Below are positions 50,942-59,650 of a stretch of 64,000 bases of DNA, in pieces (positions within the stretch are counted from its first letter, which is position 1; each line of letters opens with the position of its first letter). A program made the translations under genes and the position numbers. The notes below the pieces were generated by a model. It made no database searches. It was not told the DNA's origin and saw only the letters and a program-made list of their open reading frames with translations. Source of the DNA: Pseudomonadota bacterium (GTDB lineage Bacteria; Pseudomonadota; Alphaproteobacteria; Rhizobiales; JAKSCL01); assembly GCA_039026395.1 (NCBI GenBank), contig JBCCMK010000007.1:1623-65622 (forward strand), in the 5' to 3' direction.

Positions 50942-51964
50942 ATGACGACCACGCAAGCGATTGACGCACCCATTCAGATCACCAACGCCATTCGCAGGGT
51001 GAGTGAAGCAACGGGCGTGAATTTTGACTATCTGGTTCAAACCGCGCGCCGCGAATCGAGCTTGAACCCGTCTGCAAAGGCTCCGACATCGTCCGCGTCG
51101 GGTCTCTTTCAATTCATCAAGAGCACATGGCTTGAAACCGTGAAAGAACACGGTCCAGATCATGGCCTTGAAAACGAAGCGCAGAAAATTCGCCGAACCG
51201 GCGATGGCCGATATGAAGCTGTCAGCCGCTCAGCAGAGCGCGAAATTCTCGATCTTCGATTTAACCCGAAAATAGCATCCGTCATGGCGGGGGCTTTTTC
51301 ACAACAGAATGCAGATGATCTCTCTTCCCGGCTCGGGCGATCGGTAACCGAGGGAGAGCTCTATGTTGCGCACTTCATGGGTGTTTCCGGCGCAAATAAG
51401 TTGATCCGTCTGGCAGAGCAATCGCCTAACGCGGATGCTGTCGCGGCCTTCCCCAAAGAGGCACGCTCAAACCGCCCAATCTTCCGCAACCCGGACGGTT
51501 CATCTCGGACGTTGGCCGAAGTCGTCGGTGTTCTCACCAGGAAGCATTCAGACGAAACGGTCGCGGTTGCGTCGTCCTCCAATCCTTCGACAGCCGACAA
51601 TGAAGTGCCTGACCAACCATTCCTTAATCTGCTCGGTTTTTTCCGCGGGCGCAGCGAGGAAACCCTTTCGTCAGCGGCATCGGGCTTCTTCCAAGACATT
51701 TATCGGGAGGGTGATCCAGCCCTTGCCGCTTCGGGTGAACGGAACTTCGGTGCGTTGTCATTCCTCTTCAATCGCGGCCGGACTGAGCCGTCTGACGAGG
51801 CGCCTTCCTATCGGGTTTCGGCGGGCGATCCGATACCGTCGCCCGCGTCGCGCCCGCATCTGGCTGACCAACTCGTTGAACGCTGGAAGGCGAGCAGCGA
51901 AGGTGGTGCGCCGTCAAAGCCACTCGACCTTTTGGCCGCTCAACGGGCGTATCAGGCGCGCTAG
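50942..51964 (+). CDS. Lytic transglycosylase SLT-domain protein
   Basis: YLVQTARRESS, SSASGLFQFIKSTWL and ELYVAHFMG; CtrA-like TTAA-N7-TTTAC at 50875-50890. Confidence 0.88.
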   Translation: MTTTQAIDAPIQITNAIRRVSEATGVNFDYLVQTARRESSLNPSAKAPTSSASGLFQFIKSTWLETVKEHGPDHGLENEAQKIRRTGDGRYEAVSRSAEREILDLRFNPKIASVMAGAFSQQNADDLSSRLGRSVTEGELYVAHFMGVSGANKLIRLAEQSPNADAVAAFPKEARSNRPIFRNPDGSSRTLAEVVGVLTRKHSDETVAVASSSNPSTADNEVPDQPFLNLLGFFRGRSEETLSSAASGFFQDIYREGDPALAASGERNFGALSFLFNRGRTEPSDEAPSYRVSAGDPIPSPASRPHLADQLVERWKASSEGGAPSKPLDLLAAQRAYQAR

Positions 51965-52100
51965 CCTTTCGCTCATCGAATAAAATAAAACCGAACGTCG
52001 CTTTAAGATTCACTTGCGTCTCAAAGCGGCAAGTTTAACGCTCAAAACTATCAGATAGGCCGCCCGACTGACGGGTGTCCGTCATGGCTGAGACATGTGA

Positions 52101-53420
52101 GTGCCTGTCATGATTTCGACAGTACGCGGCGTATCCACGCTTTTCATGGGAATTGCATTCTTGATGCTCGGAAACGGGCTTCAGGGCTCGCTTTTGGCTG
52201 TCCGCGCGACGCTTGAGGATTTTGGGACGACGGTGACTGGTATCGTCATGTCGTCCTACTATCTGGGGTTCTTGATCTCATCGATCGTGACACCGAAGCT
52301 CGTCACGGATGTGGGGCACATTCGCGTTTTTGCTGCATTCGCCTCAATCGCTTCTGCCGCGGTCCTCGTTCACTCCATGGTGCCGGAACCGATTGTCTGG
52401 TTCGGCCTCCGGTTCTTCACGGGGGTCGCGATCGCAGGTCTTTATGTGGTCTGTGAAAGTTGGCTCAACCAAACCGCGTCGAACGAGGAACGCGGTAAGG
52501 TCTTTTCTCTCTACATGATCGTCGTCGCGGGCTGCATGGGGATCGGCCAGTTCATCCTGCCGCTCGCGGATCCGTCAGGCCATACGCTCTTTATCGTCGT
52601 ATCGATCTTCGTGTCTGTTGCGCTGGTGCCGATCTCGCTGTCGCGCTCACCCGCGCCGACAGTTGTCACCTTGGAACGACTTGGACTGTTGGAGCTTTAC
52701 CGCCTGTCGCCGCTGGGTGTGGTGTCGTGTTTCCTGATCGGCATTGCCCAGGGTGGGCTGTTCTCCCTCGGCCCAGTTTATGCGACCGAGCTCGACTTCA
52801 ATACGACGGAAATCGCCGTTTTCATGGCGCTCCCGTTCTTCGTGTTGATTCTCATCCAGTTTCCGATCGGCGCTCTGTCGGATCGCATGGATCGTCGCCC
52901 GGTTATTGCTGGTGTCGCAATTGTCGCTGCTGCGTCATCGGCGTTGGTGGGCGTTTTTGCCGGACAGAATGTGACTCTCGTTTACGCGTTTTTCGCGGTC
53001 TTCGGCGCATGCGCCATGTCGCTCTACGGGCTAACAATCGCGCACGCCAATGACGCAATGCCAACCGAGAAAATTCTGCCTGCTTCGGCGATGCTCGTTC
53101 TCGTTTACGCGGTCGGGTCATTCGGCGGCCCGACGATCACCGGTCTTGCCATGTCACAGCTCGGAAACGACTGGTTTTTGTGGCTTGGAACAGCGATCCA
53201 CCTGGCCATTGCTGCCTATGCTCTTTACCGCATGACCCAGCGCGCTGCGACGCCTGGCGATGAGCGCGGCGAGTACGTGCCAGTCTTGGGTCGCACGACC
53301 GGTATCGCCCAAGTTGCAGCTATTGAGGCCGTAGGCGAGGAGGGTGGCTGGATTACCTATGAAGAGGACGAAACGTCTGAAGAGGACGAGGCAGTCCCCA
53401 CTCAAGCCGAAGAAAAGTAA
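52101..53420 (+). CDS. MFS transporter
   Basis: GHIRVFA, ESWLN and QFPIGALSDRMDRR; about 12 TM helices. Confidence 0.9.
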   Translation: MPVMISTVRGVSTLFMGIAFLMLGNGLQGSLLAVRATLEDFGTTVTGIVMSSYYLGFLISSIVTPKLVTDVGHIRVFAAFASIASAAVLVHSMVPEPIVWFGLRFFTGVAIAGLYVVCESWLNQTASNEERGKVFSLYMIVVAGCMGIGQFILPLADPSGHTLFIVVSIFVSVALVPISLSRSPAPTVVTLERLGLLELYRLSPLGVVSCFLIGIAQGGLFSLGPVYATELDFNTTEIAVFMALPFFVLILIQFPIGALSDRMDRRPVIAGVAIVAAASSALVGVFAGQNVTLVYAFFAVFGACAMSLYGLTIAHANDAMPTEKILPASAMLVLVYAVGSFGGPTITGLAMSQLGNDWFLWLGTAIHLAIAAYALYRMTQRAATPGDERGEYVPVLGRTTGIAQVAAIEAVGEEGGWITYEEDETSEEDEAVPTQAEEK

Positions 53421-53510
53421 CCGCTCAAACCTCACAAACATGGTGAACCAATCGTTAAGGGATCGCTCGCTATAGTTTTCATCGAACGAGTAGAGGAGCG
53501 CGCTGACGAC

Positions 53511-54656
53511 ATGTTTATCGAACGCGTCATTGAGCGGTTAGACCACTTCCCCATTGGCGAGCGTGCAAAAGGCCTAAACGCACTCGCTCGCTCGGTCATC
53601 TACTCGGATCTGGATGGAAACGAACGCACGCTGATCGAACGCACACTGATTGGCGCGTTGGATAGTCCATCACCGCTAATCAGACGTGCGATTGCAGATG
53701 CCTTCGCTGGTGAGCCGCTCGCTCCACGGCACATGGTTCACATGCTGGCCCATGATCAGCTTGCGGTCTCGGAACCGATCCTTCTCTATTCCCCGCTTCT
53801 TACGAATGCTCAGCTCATTGAGCTAATTGCGAAGTCTGAAGAGGATGTGCGCATCGCCATTGCTGCGCGCGAGCATCTCGATGTTTCGGTTGCCGATGCG
53901 ATCGCCGACCAAACTGGGATCGATGCCTGCATGACGCTTCTACGGAATCCTCACGCGCTTCTTCGCATTGAGGCTGTCGCTCGAATTGCTGAGCGACATG
54001 GACGTGACGCGGACCTTCGTAGTGAATTGTTGGAGCGGCCAGATCTGCCCTCAGACATCAGGCACTCGCTCGTTGATGCACTCGGCCACGTTTTGAAGGA
54101 TCTCGTCGTCGACCGCGAATGGATGCCCGAGCCAAAGATCGTATCCATTGTTGATGATGCGACGGAAAAAGCCGTCGTTCTGCTTCTCGATCAACAGGAC
54201 CCGGATGACGTCGAAGCGCTGCTACGCCAGTTCCATGAAGATGGTCGCCTGAACGCCCAGCTTCTTTTGCGCGCCTTGTGTTTCGGAAATCTCGGAATAG
54301 TGGAGGGTGGAATAGCGCTTCTGTCCGGTCAGCCGCGCAATCGTGTTTTCGCGCTTCTTATGCACGGATCCAAGTCGAGTTTCGCTGGCCTTCTAAAGCG
54401 GTGTGGAGTTGCTGAGCGCCTCGTTCCAGTGTTCCAGACGGCTCTTGATACATATCGCGGCTTGGTTGCCGAGACCTCATTCGATGATGCTCGCCAGTTC
54501 GCTCAGCTCATGGTCGAGCGTACGCTTACGAGCTATGACATGATCGCGGACGAAGACGCTGAGGATCTCCTCAACCTGTTGCGGCATTTTGAGGTTGATA
54601 TTGCGCGTGATAGCGCACGGAGAACGTCGACAACGGAAATATCCGTTGCAGCCTAA
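53511..54656 (+). CDS. DUF2336 domain protein
   Basis: LDSPSPLIRRAIA, LAHDQ..VSEPIL..SPLL, IAARE and LLERPDLP; AGAGGAG SD; CtrA-like site at 53444-53458. Confidence 0.85.
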   Translation: MFIERVIERLDHFPIGERAKGLNALARSVIYSDLDGNERTLIERTLIGALDSPSPLIRRAIADAFAGEPLAPRHMVHMLAHDQLAVSEPILLYSPLLTNAQLIELIAKSEEDVRIAIAAREHLDVSVADAIADQTGIDACMTLLRNPHALLRIEAVARIAERHGRDADLRSELLERPDLPSDIRHSLVDALGHVLKDLVVDREWMPEPKIVSIVDDATEKAVVLLLDQQDPDDVEALLRQFHEDGRLNAQLLLRALCFGNLGIVEGGIALLSGQPRNRVFALLMHGSKSSFAGLLKRCGVAERLVPVFQTALDTYRGLVAETSFDDARQFAQLMVERTLTSYDMIADEDAEDLLNLLRHFEVDIARDSARRTSTTEISVAA

Positions 54657-54665
54657 AGCAACCGA

Positions 54666-55235
54666 CTAGCTGTCGACGCTTCCTTCTTTCTGACGCAGCT
54701 CGTATTTGCGACGAAACTCAACCGCCAGCACCTTCACGCTCTGGAGCCACTCTTCAATGCCTTCGGCGGTCGCTTCGCCTTTATCACGTTTGGAGTGCTC
54801 GAACGCCATGGTTGTCGCCGTCATGAACGGTTCAAGCGCATCATAGGGACCTTCCAGCTCGAGTACTGTCTCCAAGGCGATCGACAGAGCGTCGCCAGCC
54901 GCCCAAACCGCCGGATAGCCAAACAAACTGGCATTACCACGCACATTTTGAGCTGCTGCAAATACTGCCATCGCGTTCTCTCGGGTGGGGTTTTCGGCCG
55001 CGATCCGACTGGCGCTGATGAGTTTTTCAAAATCATCAACCATCCACTCTTCATAGTGGACAGAGAGTTCGTTGATGGCCGACTGCGCGCGTTCGATCGA
55101 CTTCAGAACGAGTGCCGATGAACCGCCGGAGAGCGCGGCTTTCTTAGTGCCGTGCTCTGGCTCGATCTTTTGATGCCATTGTGGATGGCTTGGGTGACCA
55201 CCGAACGTTTGGGCGAGCGGGCGCTGCTTGGTCAT
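54666..55235 (-). CDS. Hpt-like domain protein
   Basis: IERAQSAINELS..YEEWM...FAAAQNVRGNASLFGYP; directly downstream of a response regulator. Confidence 0.7.
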   Translation of the reverse strand: MTKQRPLAQTFGGHPSHPQWHQKIEPEHGTKKAALSGGSSALVLKSIERAQSAINELSVHYEEWMVDDFEKLISASRIAAENPTRENAMAVFAAAQNVRGNASLFGYPAVWAAGDALSIALETVLELEGPYDALEPFMTATTMAFEHSKRDKGEATAEGIEEWLQSVKVLAVEFRRKYELRQKEGSVDS

Positions 55236-55238
55236 GGT

Positions 55239-55799
55239 TTAGAGAAACTCCTGCTCGGCCGACTCCGGTGTTTGGCTCACGATCGGTTCTGGCGCCATGA
55301 CTTCCGCTTTCCCGCCATTGCGGCGCTCGGGACCTGCGTAGCGTGGGTTGACCTCACGCCGCCGACCCGGCCCTAAATAGGTCTTCGTGCGAATAAACGG
55401 CCGGGGGTGATGCACAATCGAAAAGATGCGTTGGTAGAGTGACTTGGCGGCAATCGGCTTGCACAGAAACTCATTCACCCCAAGGTCACGGGCTTCCATG
55501 ACCCGTTTCTTCTCGGAGTATGCTGTCAGCATGATGATCGGTGTGAAGGCATGTGGACCGCCATCCGGGTTTCGGATCATGCGTACGAGTTCCGCGCCAT
55601 CAAAGATCGGCATGACCCAATCCGTGATTACGATGTCTGGCGAAAATGCTTCGACGGATTCTAGTCCTTCGGCACCGTCCTCGGCCTCATACACTTCGCG
55701 CGTGCCGAAGCCATGGAGGAGGGTCCGGATGATCCGACGCATATGCGCGTTGTCATCAACGACCAAGAAACTCAACTTTTGAAACGCAATACCCGGCAT
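55239..55799 (-). CDS. Response regulator (receiver domain with RRR/PERR tail)
   Basis: VVDDNAHMR, ITDW, TAYSE, CKP and YLGPGRRR...GPERR. Confidence 0.9.
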   Translation of the reverse strand: MPGIAFQKLSFLVVDDNAHMRRIIRTLLHGFGTREVYEAEDGAEGLESVEAFSPDIVITDWVMPIFDGAELVRMIRNPDGGPHAFTPIIMLTAYSEKKRVMEARDLGVNEFLCKPIAAKSLYQRIFSIVHHPRPFIRTKTYLGPGRRREVNPRYAGPERRNGGKAEVMAPEPIVSQTPESAEQEFL

Positions 55800-55892
55800 G
55801 AAAATTCTACGCCCACCCCAATGCACGTAAAAGTACGCGCTGACGCTTAAGGAAAGTTGAAAGCGAGTGGTGTAATCAATTTTCGAGCGAAT

Positions 55893-56666
55893 TCAGTCCT
55901 CGAACTGCTCGCGAATGATGCGTTCGTCCAATGCACCATCTGGGTCGAACATCATCTCCATCCGATGAGAATGATCCTCTGAGACGGTTACTGATCGGAT
56001 GTTTCTGAACTCGAAATGGTCTGCAGCTGCGCTGACCAAGCGTTCCGTGGGATCTTTCACTTCGATGTGGACGGTCACATCGTTTGGAAGAAGGGCTCCG
56101 CGCCAACGCCTCGGGCGAAATGGGCTGATCGGGGTGAGAGCAAGGAGCGGTGACTTGATCGGGATAATTGGTCCGTGGGCTGACAAATTATAGGCTGTTG
56201 AACCCGCGGGTGTTGCGACCAAAACGCCGTCACACGCGAGTTCCGCCAGGCGAACCTTGTCGTCCACCGATATTGAGAGTTTTGCCGCTTGATAGGTCTG
56301 CCGGAGGAGCGAAACTTCGTTGATCGCGAGCGCTTCATGCGTCTCGCCATCAATGTCGACTGCATGCATGGCGAGGGGATGGATCTCGTTGCGTGCTGCC
56401 GCTTCCAAGCGTTCCGGTAGGTCCTCTAAATGATAATCATTCATCAAGAAGCCGACGGACCCCCGGTTCATCCCATAAATCGGCTTTCCGCTGTCCATGT
56501 GGGCGTGGAGTGTCCGCAGCATCAGCCCATCGCCGCCGAGGGCAACAATGTGGCTGGCGTCTTGGATAGGCGTGTTGCCGTAACGCGCGGTAAGCTCGTA
56601 GAGCGCGCGGCGGGCGTCCTCGGTTGGACCGGCTACAAATGCGATTGCGTGGGAGGAGTGCGACAT
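55893..56666 (-). CDS. NAD kinase
   Basis: LGGDG, GSVGFL, INEVS and [20 protein letters not shown]. Confidence 0.95.
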   Translation of the reverse strand: MSHSSHAIAFVAGPTEDARRALYELTARYGNTPIQDASHIVALGGDGLMLRTLHAHMDSGKPIYGMNRGSVGFLMNDYHLEDLPERLEAAARNEIHPLAMHAVDIDGETHEALAINEVSLLRQTYQAAKLSISVDDKVRLAELACDGVLVATPAGSTAYNLSAHGPIIPIKSPLLALTPISPFRPRRWRGALLPNDVTVHIEVKDPTERLVSAAADHFEFRNIRSVTVSEDHSHRMEMMFDPDGALDERIIREQFED

Positions 56667-56715
56667 CTGCGAAGCTTGGCTTAGGCGAGTGAGCTATCCG
56701 CTTGCGCGACTTGTG

Positions 56716-56791
<76 letters not shown>

Positions 56792-56801
56792 GTTAATCCG
56801 C

Positions 56802-56830
56802 TCATTACGGGGTTCGTCGCTGAGGCGCAA
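56802..56830 (-). promoter_or_regulatory. Sigma-70-like promoter of tRNA-Thr
   Basis: TTGCGC-N17-TAATGA on the minus strand. Confidence 0.55.
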
Positions 56831-56833
56831 GCG

Positions 56834-57103
56834 CTAGGTTGAGGACGCATACTCCTGATGTGTTTGGCGTCGGAAACGGCAAGAAGCTGGGGGTAATTTG
56901 AGTGCAGAGCGGGCTTCTTGCCCCGGTCAAACTCAAACTGCCTTCAGATTGAAGCCGTTTCGACGTCTGTAAGATGGGGTAGATTTGCTCGCCTGCTTGT
57001 TGCAAGACCTTGAAAGTCAGGGAGACTTCCTGCGGTCTTGCGCCGTGCAGGCAACCAAATCTTCACCCACCAAACGCACCAGAACTATGAGTTCTCGACC
57101 TAG
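56834..57103. mobile_element. Non-autonomous MITE-like element (270 bp)
   Basis: CTAG at both ends; 34-bp imperfect terminal inverted repeats (27/34 identical); two internal long hairpins; no transposase. Confidence 0.75.
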
Positions 57104-57873
57104 GATGCAGCGAGGCCTGTCGCGATCGTCAATGCGATTGCAGTGGCGTTGGAAACGTTGAGGCTTGTGACTCCGCCGGGGAGGGGGATTGAAGCAAGGC
57201 GCGAGCAGGTGGCGGCGGTTTTCTGCCGAAGGCCTTTGCCCTCAGCCCCAAGTACAAGAGCAAAGGGTGTCCCGGCATCGACGGCAGCCAGTGGCTCGGT
57301 CGCCTCGCTGTCGAGACCGATCGTAACGAACCCGAGGCTATTCAGCGTTTCGATCGCGCGCGAGAGGTTCGTCTCGCGCGCCCATTGCACATGTTCGAGG
57401 CCGCCTGACGCCGCTTTTGCAAGAACGCCAGTTGCTGATGGCGAGAAGCGCTTTGTCGTGACGATTGCTCCAACATTAAATGCTGCACCCGTTCGAATGA
57501 TGGCGCCGACATTGTGTGGATCCGTAACCTGGTCGAGAACGAGAACTGGTTTAGACAAATTGATTGCGTCCAATTCAGCGTCTTCGAGTGGTTTGCCGAT
57601 GGCCAATAGGCCTTGGTGCACGGCATCCGGCGGCGCGATCTTCGTTATTGACGCGGCTGAACTTTCAACTCTTTCGACGGTCTTTGGGAGCGAAATACCG
57701 TCAAGGTGGCGATTGGCGTTCTCCGTGACGTAAAGCCGGTCGAGATGACGTAATGGGTTTTTCAGCGCCTCTTGAACGGTATGGACGCCGTACAGAATTG
57801 CGGTTTCCGGCGCGTCGTCGCGGCTTTGCCTGGGTGGTCGCCGGTTTCGGTGTCGGTCGCTGCGCTTTGCCAA
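57100..57873 (-). CDS. rlmB: 23S rRNA 2'-O-methyltransferase RlmB (TrmH/SpoU family)
   Basis: LYGVHTV, VHQG, LDQVTDPHNVGAIIR, LGAEGKG and SLNVS. Confidence 0.9.
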   Translation of the reverse strand: MAKRSDRHRNRRPPRQSRDDAPETAILYGVHTVQEALKNPLRHLDRLYVTENANRHLDGISLPKTVERVESSAASITKIAPPDAVHQGLLAIGKPLEDAELDAINLSKPVLVLDQVTDPHNVGAIIRTGAAFNVGAIVTTKRFSPSATGVLAKAASGGLEHVQWARETNLSRAIETLNSLGFVTIGLDSEATEPLAAVDAGTPFALVLGAEGKGLRQKTAATCSRLASIPLPGGVTSLNVSNATAIALTIATGLAAS

Positions 57874-57918
57874 AACACTTCCGCCTAATTTGTGTGACGC
57901 ATGCGCCGGGGAATGCGA

Positions 57919-57947
57919 TTGACAGCGCCCGCGTTCATTCCTAAACC
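57919..57947 (+). promoter_or_regulatory. Sigma-70 promoter of the tRNA-Tyr/Gly operon
   Basis: TTGACA-N17-TAAACC. Confidence 0.65.
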
Positions 57948-57984
57948 CGGCTGGCCTTTGTCAAGGTTTTGACGATGGCAACTC

Positions 57985-58069
57985 GGAGGAGTGCCCGAGT
58001 GGTTAAAGGGGACGGGCTGTAAACCCGTTGGCTTAGCCTACGTTGGTTCGAATCCAACCTCCTCCACCA
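57985..58069 (+). tRNA. tRNA-Tyr(GTA)
   Basis: GGAGGAGTGCCCGAGTGGTTAAAGGGGACGGGCTGTAAACCCGT...GTTCGAATCCAACCTCCTCCACCA, with a long variable arm. Confidence 0.98.
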
Positions 58070-58076
58070 TTGGCGC

Positions 58077-58150
58077 GCGGGTATAGCTCAGGGGTAGAGC
58101 AACAGCCTTCCAAGCTGAAGACGCGGGTTCGATTCCCGCTACCCGCTCCA
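58077..58150 (+). tRNA. tRNA-Gly(TCC)
   Basis: GCGGGTATAGCTCAGGGGTAGAGCAACAGCCTTCCAAGCTGAAGACGCGGGTTCGATTCCCGCTACCCGCTCCA. Confidence 0.98.
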
Positions 58151-58214
58151 AAAAGCTCAGTTCAAGCTTGAACACTGTAAGCACAGCCATTTCCGCTGTG
58201 CTGCAACTACGAGT

Positions 58215-59405
58215 TCAAAGGCCGTCTTCTATAGCCTTCAGGATCGTGAATCTCAGGCGACCGGTGCGCCCCGGGAGAGCAATCACGAAGCGAACAAGGC
58301 CGTTCGCCTCAGTCTGGGCATAGCCCGCGAGCGTACTGACAGTGTCGAGAGTTCCCGTCTTATAGCGAGATCCCTTTGGCGAACGTTCCATCAACTCGGC
58401 ATACGGCGCAAAGCTGTTGAGGAGTTCAGCCAGCCCCTGCGCTGTCATGCGATTTTCTCGGCTAATCCCTGATCCTTCCACCATCGAGATTTTGTCCGTC
58501 AAACCGCGCGTCTCGAGCAGTTCGGCGAGCACACGCTTTGATTTCGTCAGGTTGGCCGGCGCTCCCATTTCTTGCGCTCCCACGTCAAGAAAGACCTGGT
58601 TTGCAATGTAGTTGTTGGAGCCCTCGAGCATGAGGCGAACAACTTCGGACATCTGGCGGGATTGTCGGTGGATATAGACGGGTTTGAGAGCAGGCGGGAC
58701 ACGACCGGTCGATATTTGACCGTCTACGTCGCCGCCGGACTGCCGAACGAACGCCGCTATCAGCTCGCCAGCGTAAAGCGCGCTGACGTCTGCATTGCCT
58801 TGCGCAAGACTGATGCGCGACCGACCGTTTGGCGCTCTCGTTCGGAACTGGGTTCTGGCGAGCGGCGTTATTGGCGTTTGGTCTTCCGCTGAACGCACGA
58901 TATCGCCATTTCGAACCGCGTGAATGGTGTTGAAATTCGCGGCAAGTGCGGAGACCGATGCGTTGTAGGATTCGTTGTTGTTGACGACGCCTGGTATTGC
59001 GAGAGCACTCGGAAAATAGCTCGTATCTAGGACCAAGCCGTTCAATGGCTTCGTCCCAACGGTCTCTACCAAACGCTCTGCGATCATCGCCAGTTCTTCA
59101 GACACGAGGAACGGGTCGCCGCCACCGCGGACGTATAGAACGCGGTTAGCATCGAGGTAAAAACGCGTCTCGAACCGATAATTTCCTCCCAACTTCTCCA
59201 TCGCGAGCCAAGCCGTCACGATTTTGGCGACTGATGCGGGGACGAATGGCCGATCCGCGTTCTGAGACACCAAAACGCGTCCGGCTTCATCAACGACGTG
59301 AACAAGCCCATTTGGCGCCAGTGTTCGCACTCGGTCTTGGATTTGCTCAGATGCAACCGAAGCAGTTGAGAGAAGGAGAAACCCGAGGAGGAGAGCTTGA
59401 AACAC
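58215..59405 (-). CDS. dacB: D-alanyl-D-alanine carboxypeptidase/endopeptidase (PBP4, peptidase S13)
   Basis: Signal peptide; SxxK (PASVAK), GGGDP, SNN, EGSGISR and KTGT. Confidence 0.88.
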   Translation of the reverse strand: MFQALLLGFLLLSTASVASEQIQDRVRTLAPNGLVHVVDEAGRVLVSQNADRPFVPASVAKIVTAWLAMEKLGGNYRFETRFYLDANRVLYVRGGGDPFLVSEELAMIAERLVETVGTKPLNGLVLDTSYFPSALAIPGVVNNNESYNASVSALAANFNTIHAVRNGDIVRSAEDQTPITPLARTQFRTRAPNGRSRISLAQGNADVSALYAGELIAAFVRQSGGDVDGQISTGRVPPALKPVYIHRQSRQMSEVVRLMLEGSNNYIANQVFLDVGAQEMGAPANLTKSKRVLAELLETRGLTDKISMVEGSGISRENRMTAQGLAELLNSFAPYAELMERSPKGSRYKTGTLDTVSTLAGYAQTEANGLVRFVIALPGRTGRLRFTILKAIEDGL

Positions 59406-59650
59406 TTTTATTCCTAAACATTTCGAATGGCCACTTCACACGCCGTCGACTTAATTGGACGACGAATGGATGCAAAGTGCGCCCACTTCGTTAAAGTCAG
59501 CCAAAAGGGCGCAAGGTTGCGCTGAAAAACAAGGGTAGGGGGGTGTAAAGTGGTAACCGTACAGAGCGCGCTGAGGCGCCGACAGCTGGCGTTTTACTGG
59601 GCCTGCTCTATCCATAATCGAAGAGCTCGTATTCGGGATCGGCAATCCAG

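Noticed and set aside
56805-57005. 66-aa ORF, or a 6S RNA interpretation, of the tRNA-Thr/rlmB spacer
   Set aside because: The ORF lies within the palindromic element and has no SD or motif. The branched fold with CTAG-ended TIRs fits a MITE better than the single rod with central bubble of 6S RNA.
59530-59565. G-rich tract GGGTAGGGGGGTG as a tRNA remnant/att site or G-quadruplex
   Set aside because: It does not match the tRNA 3' ends in the window and has too few well-separated G-runs.
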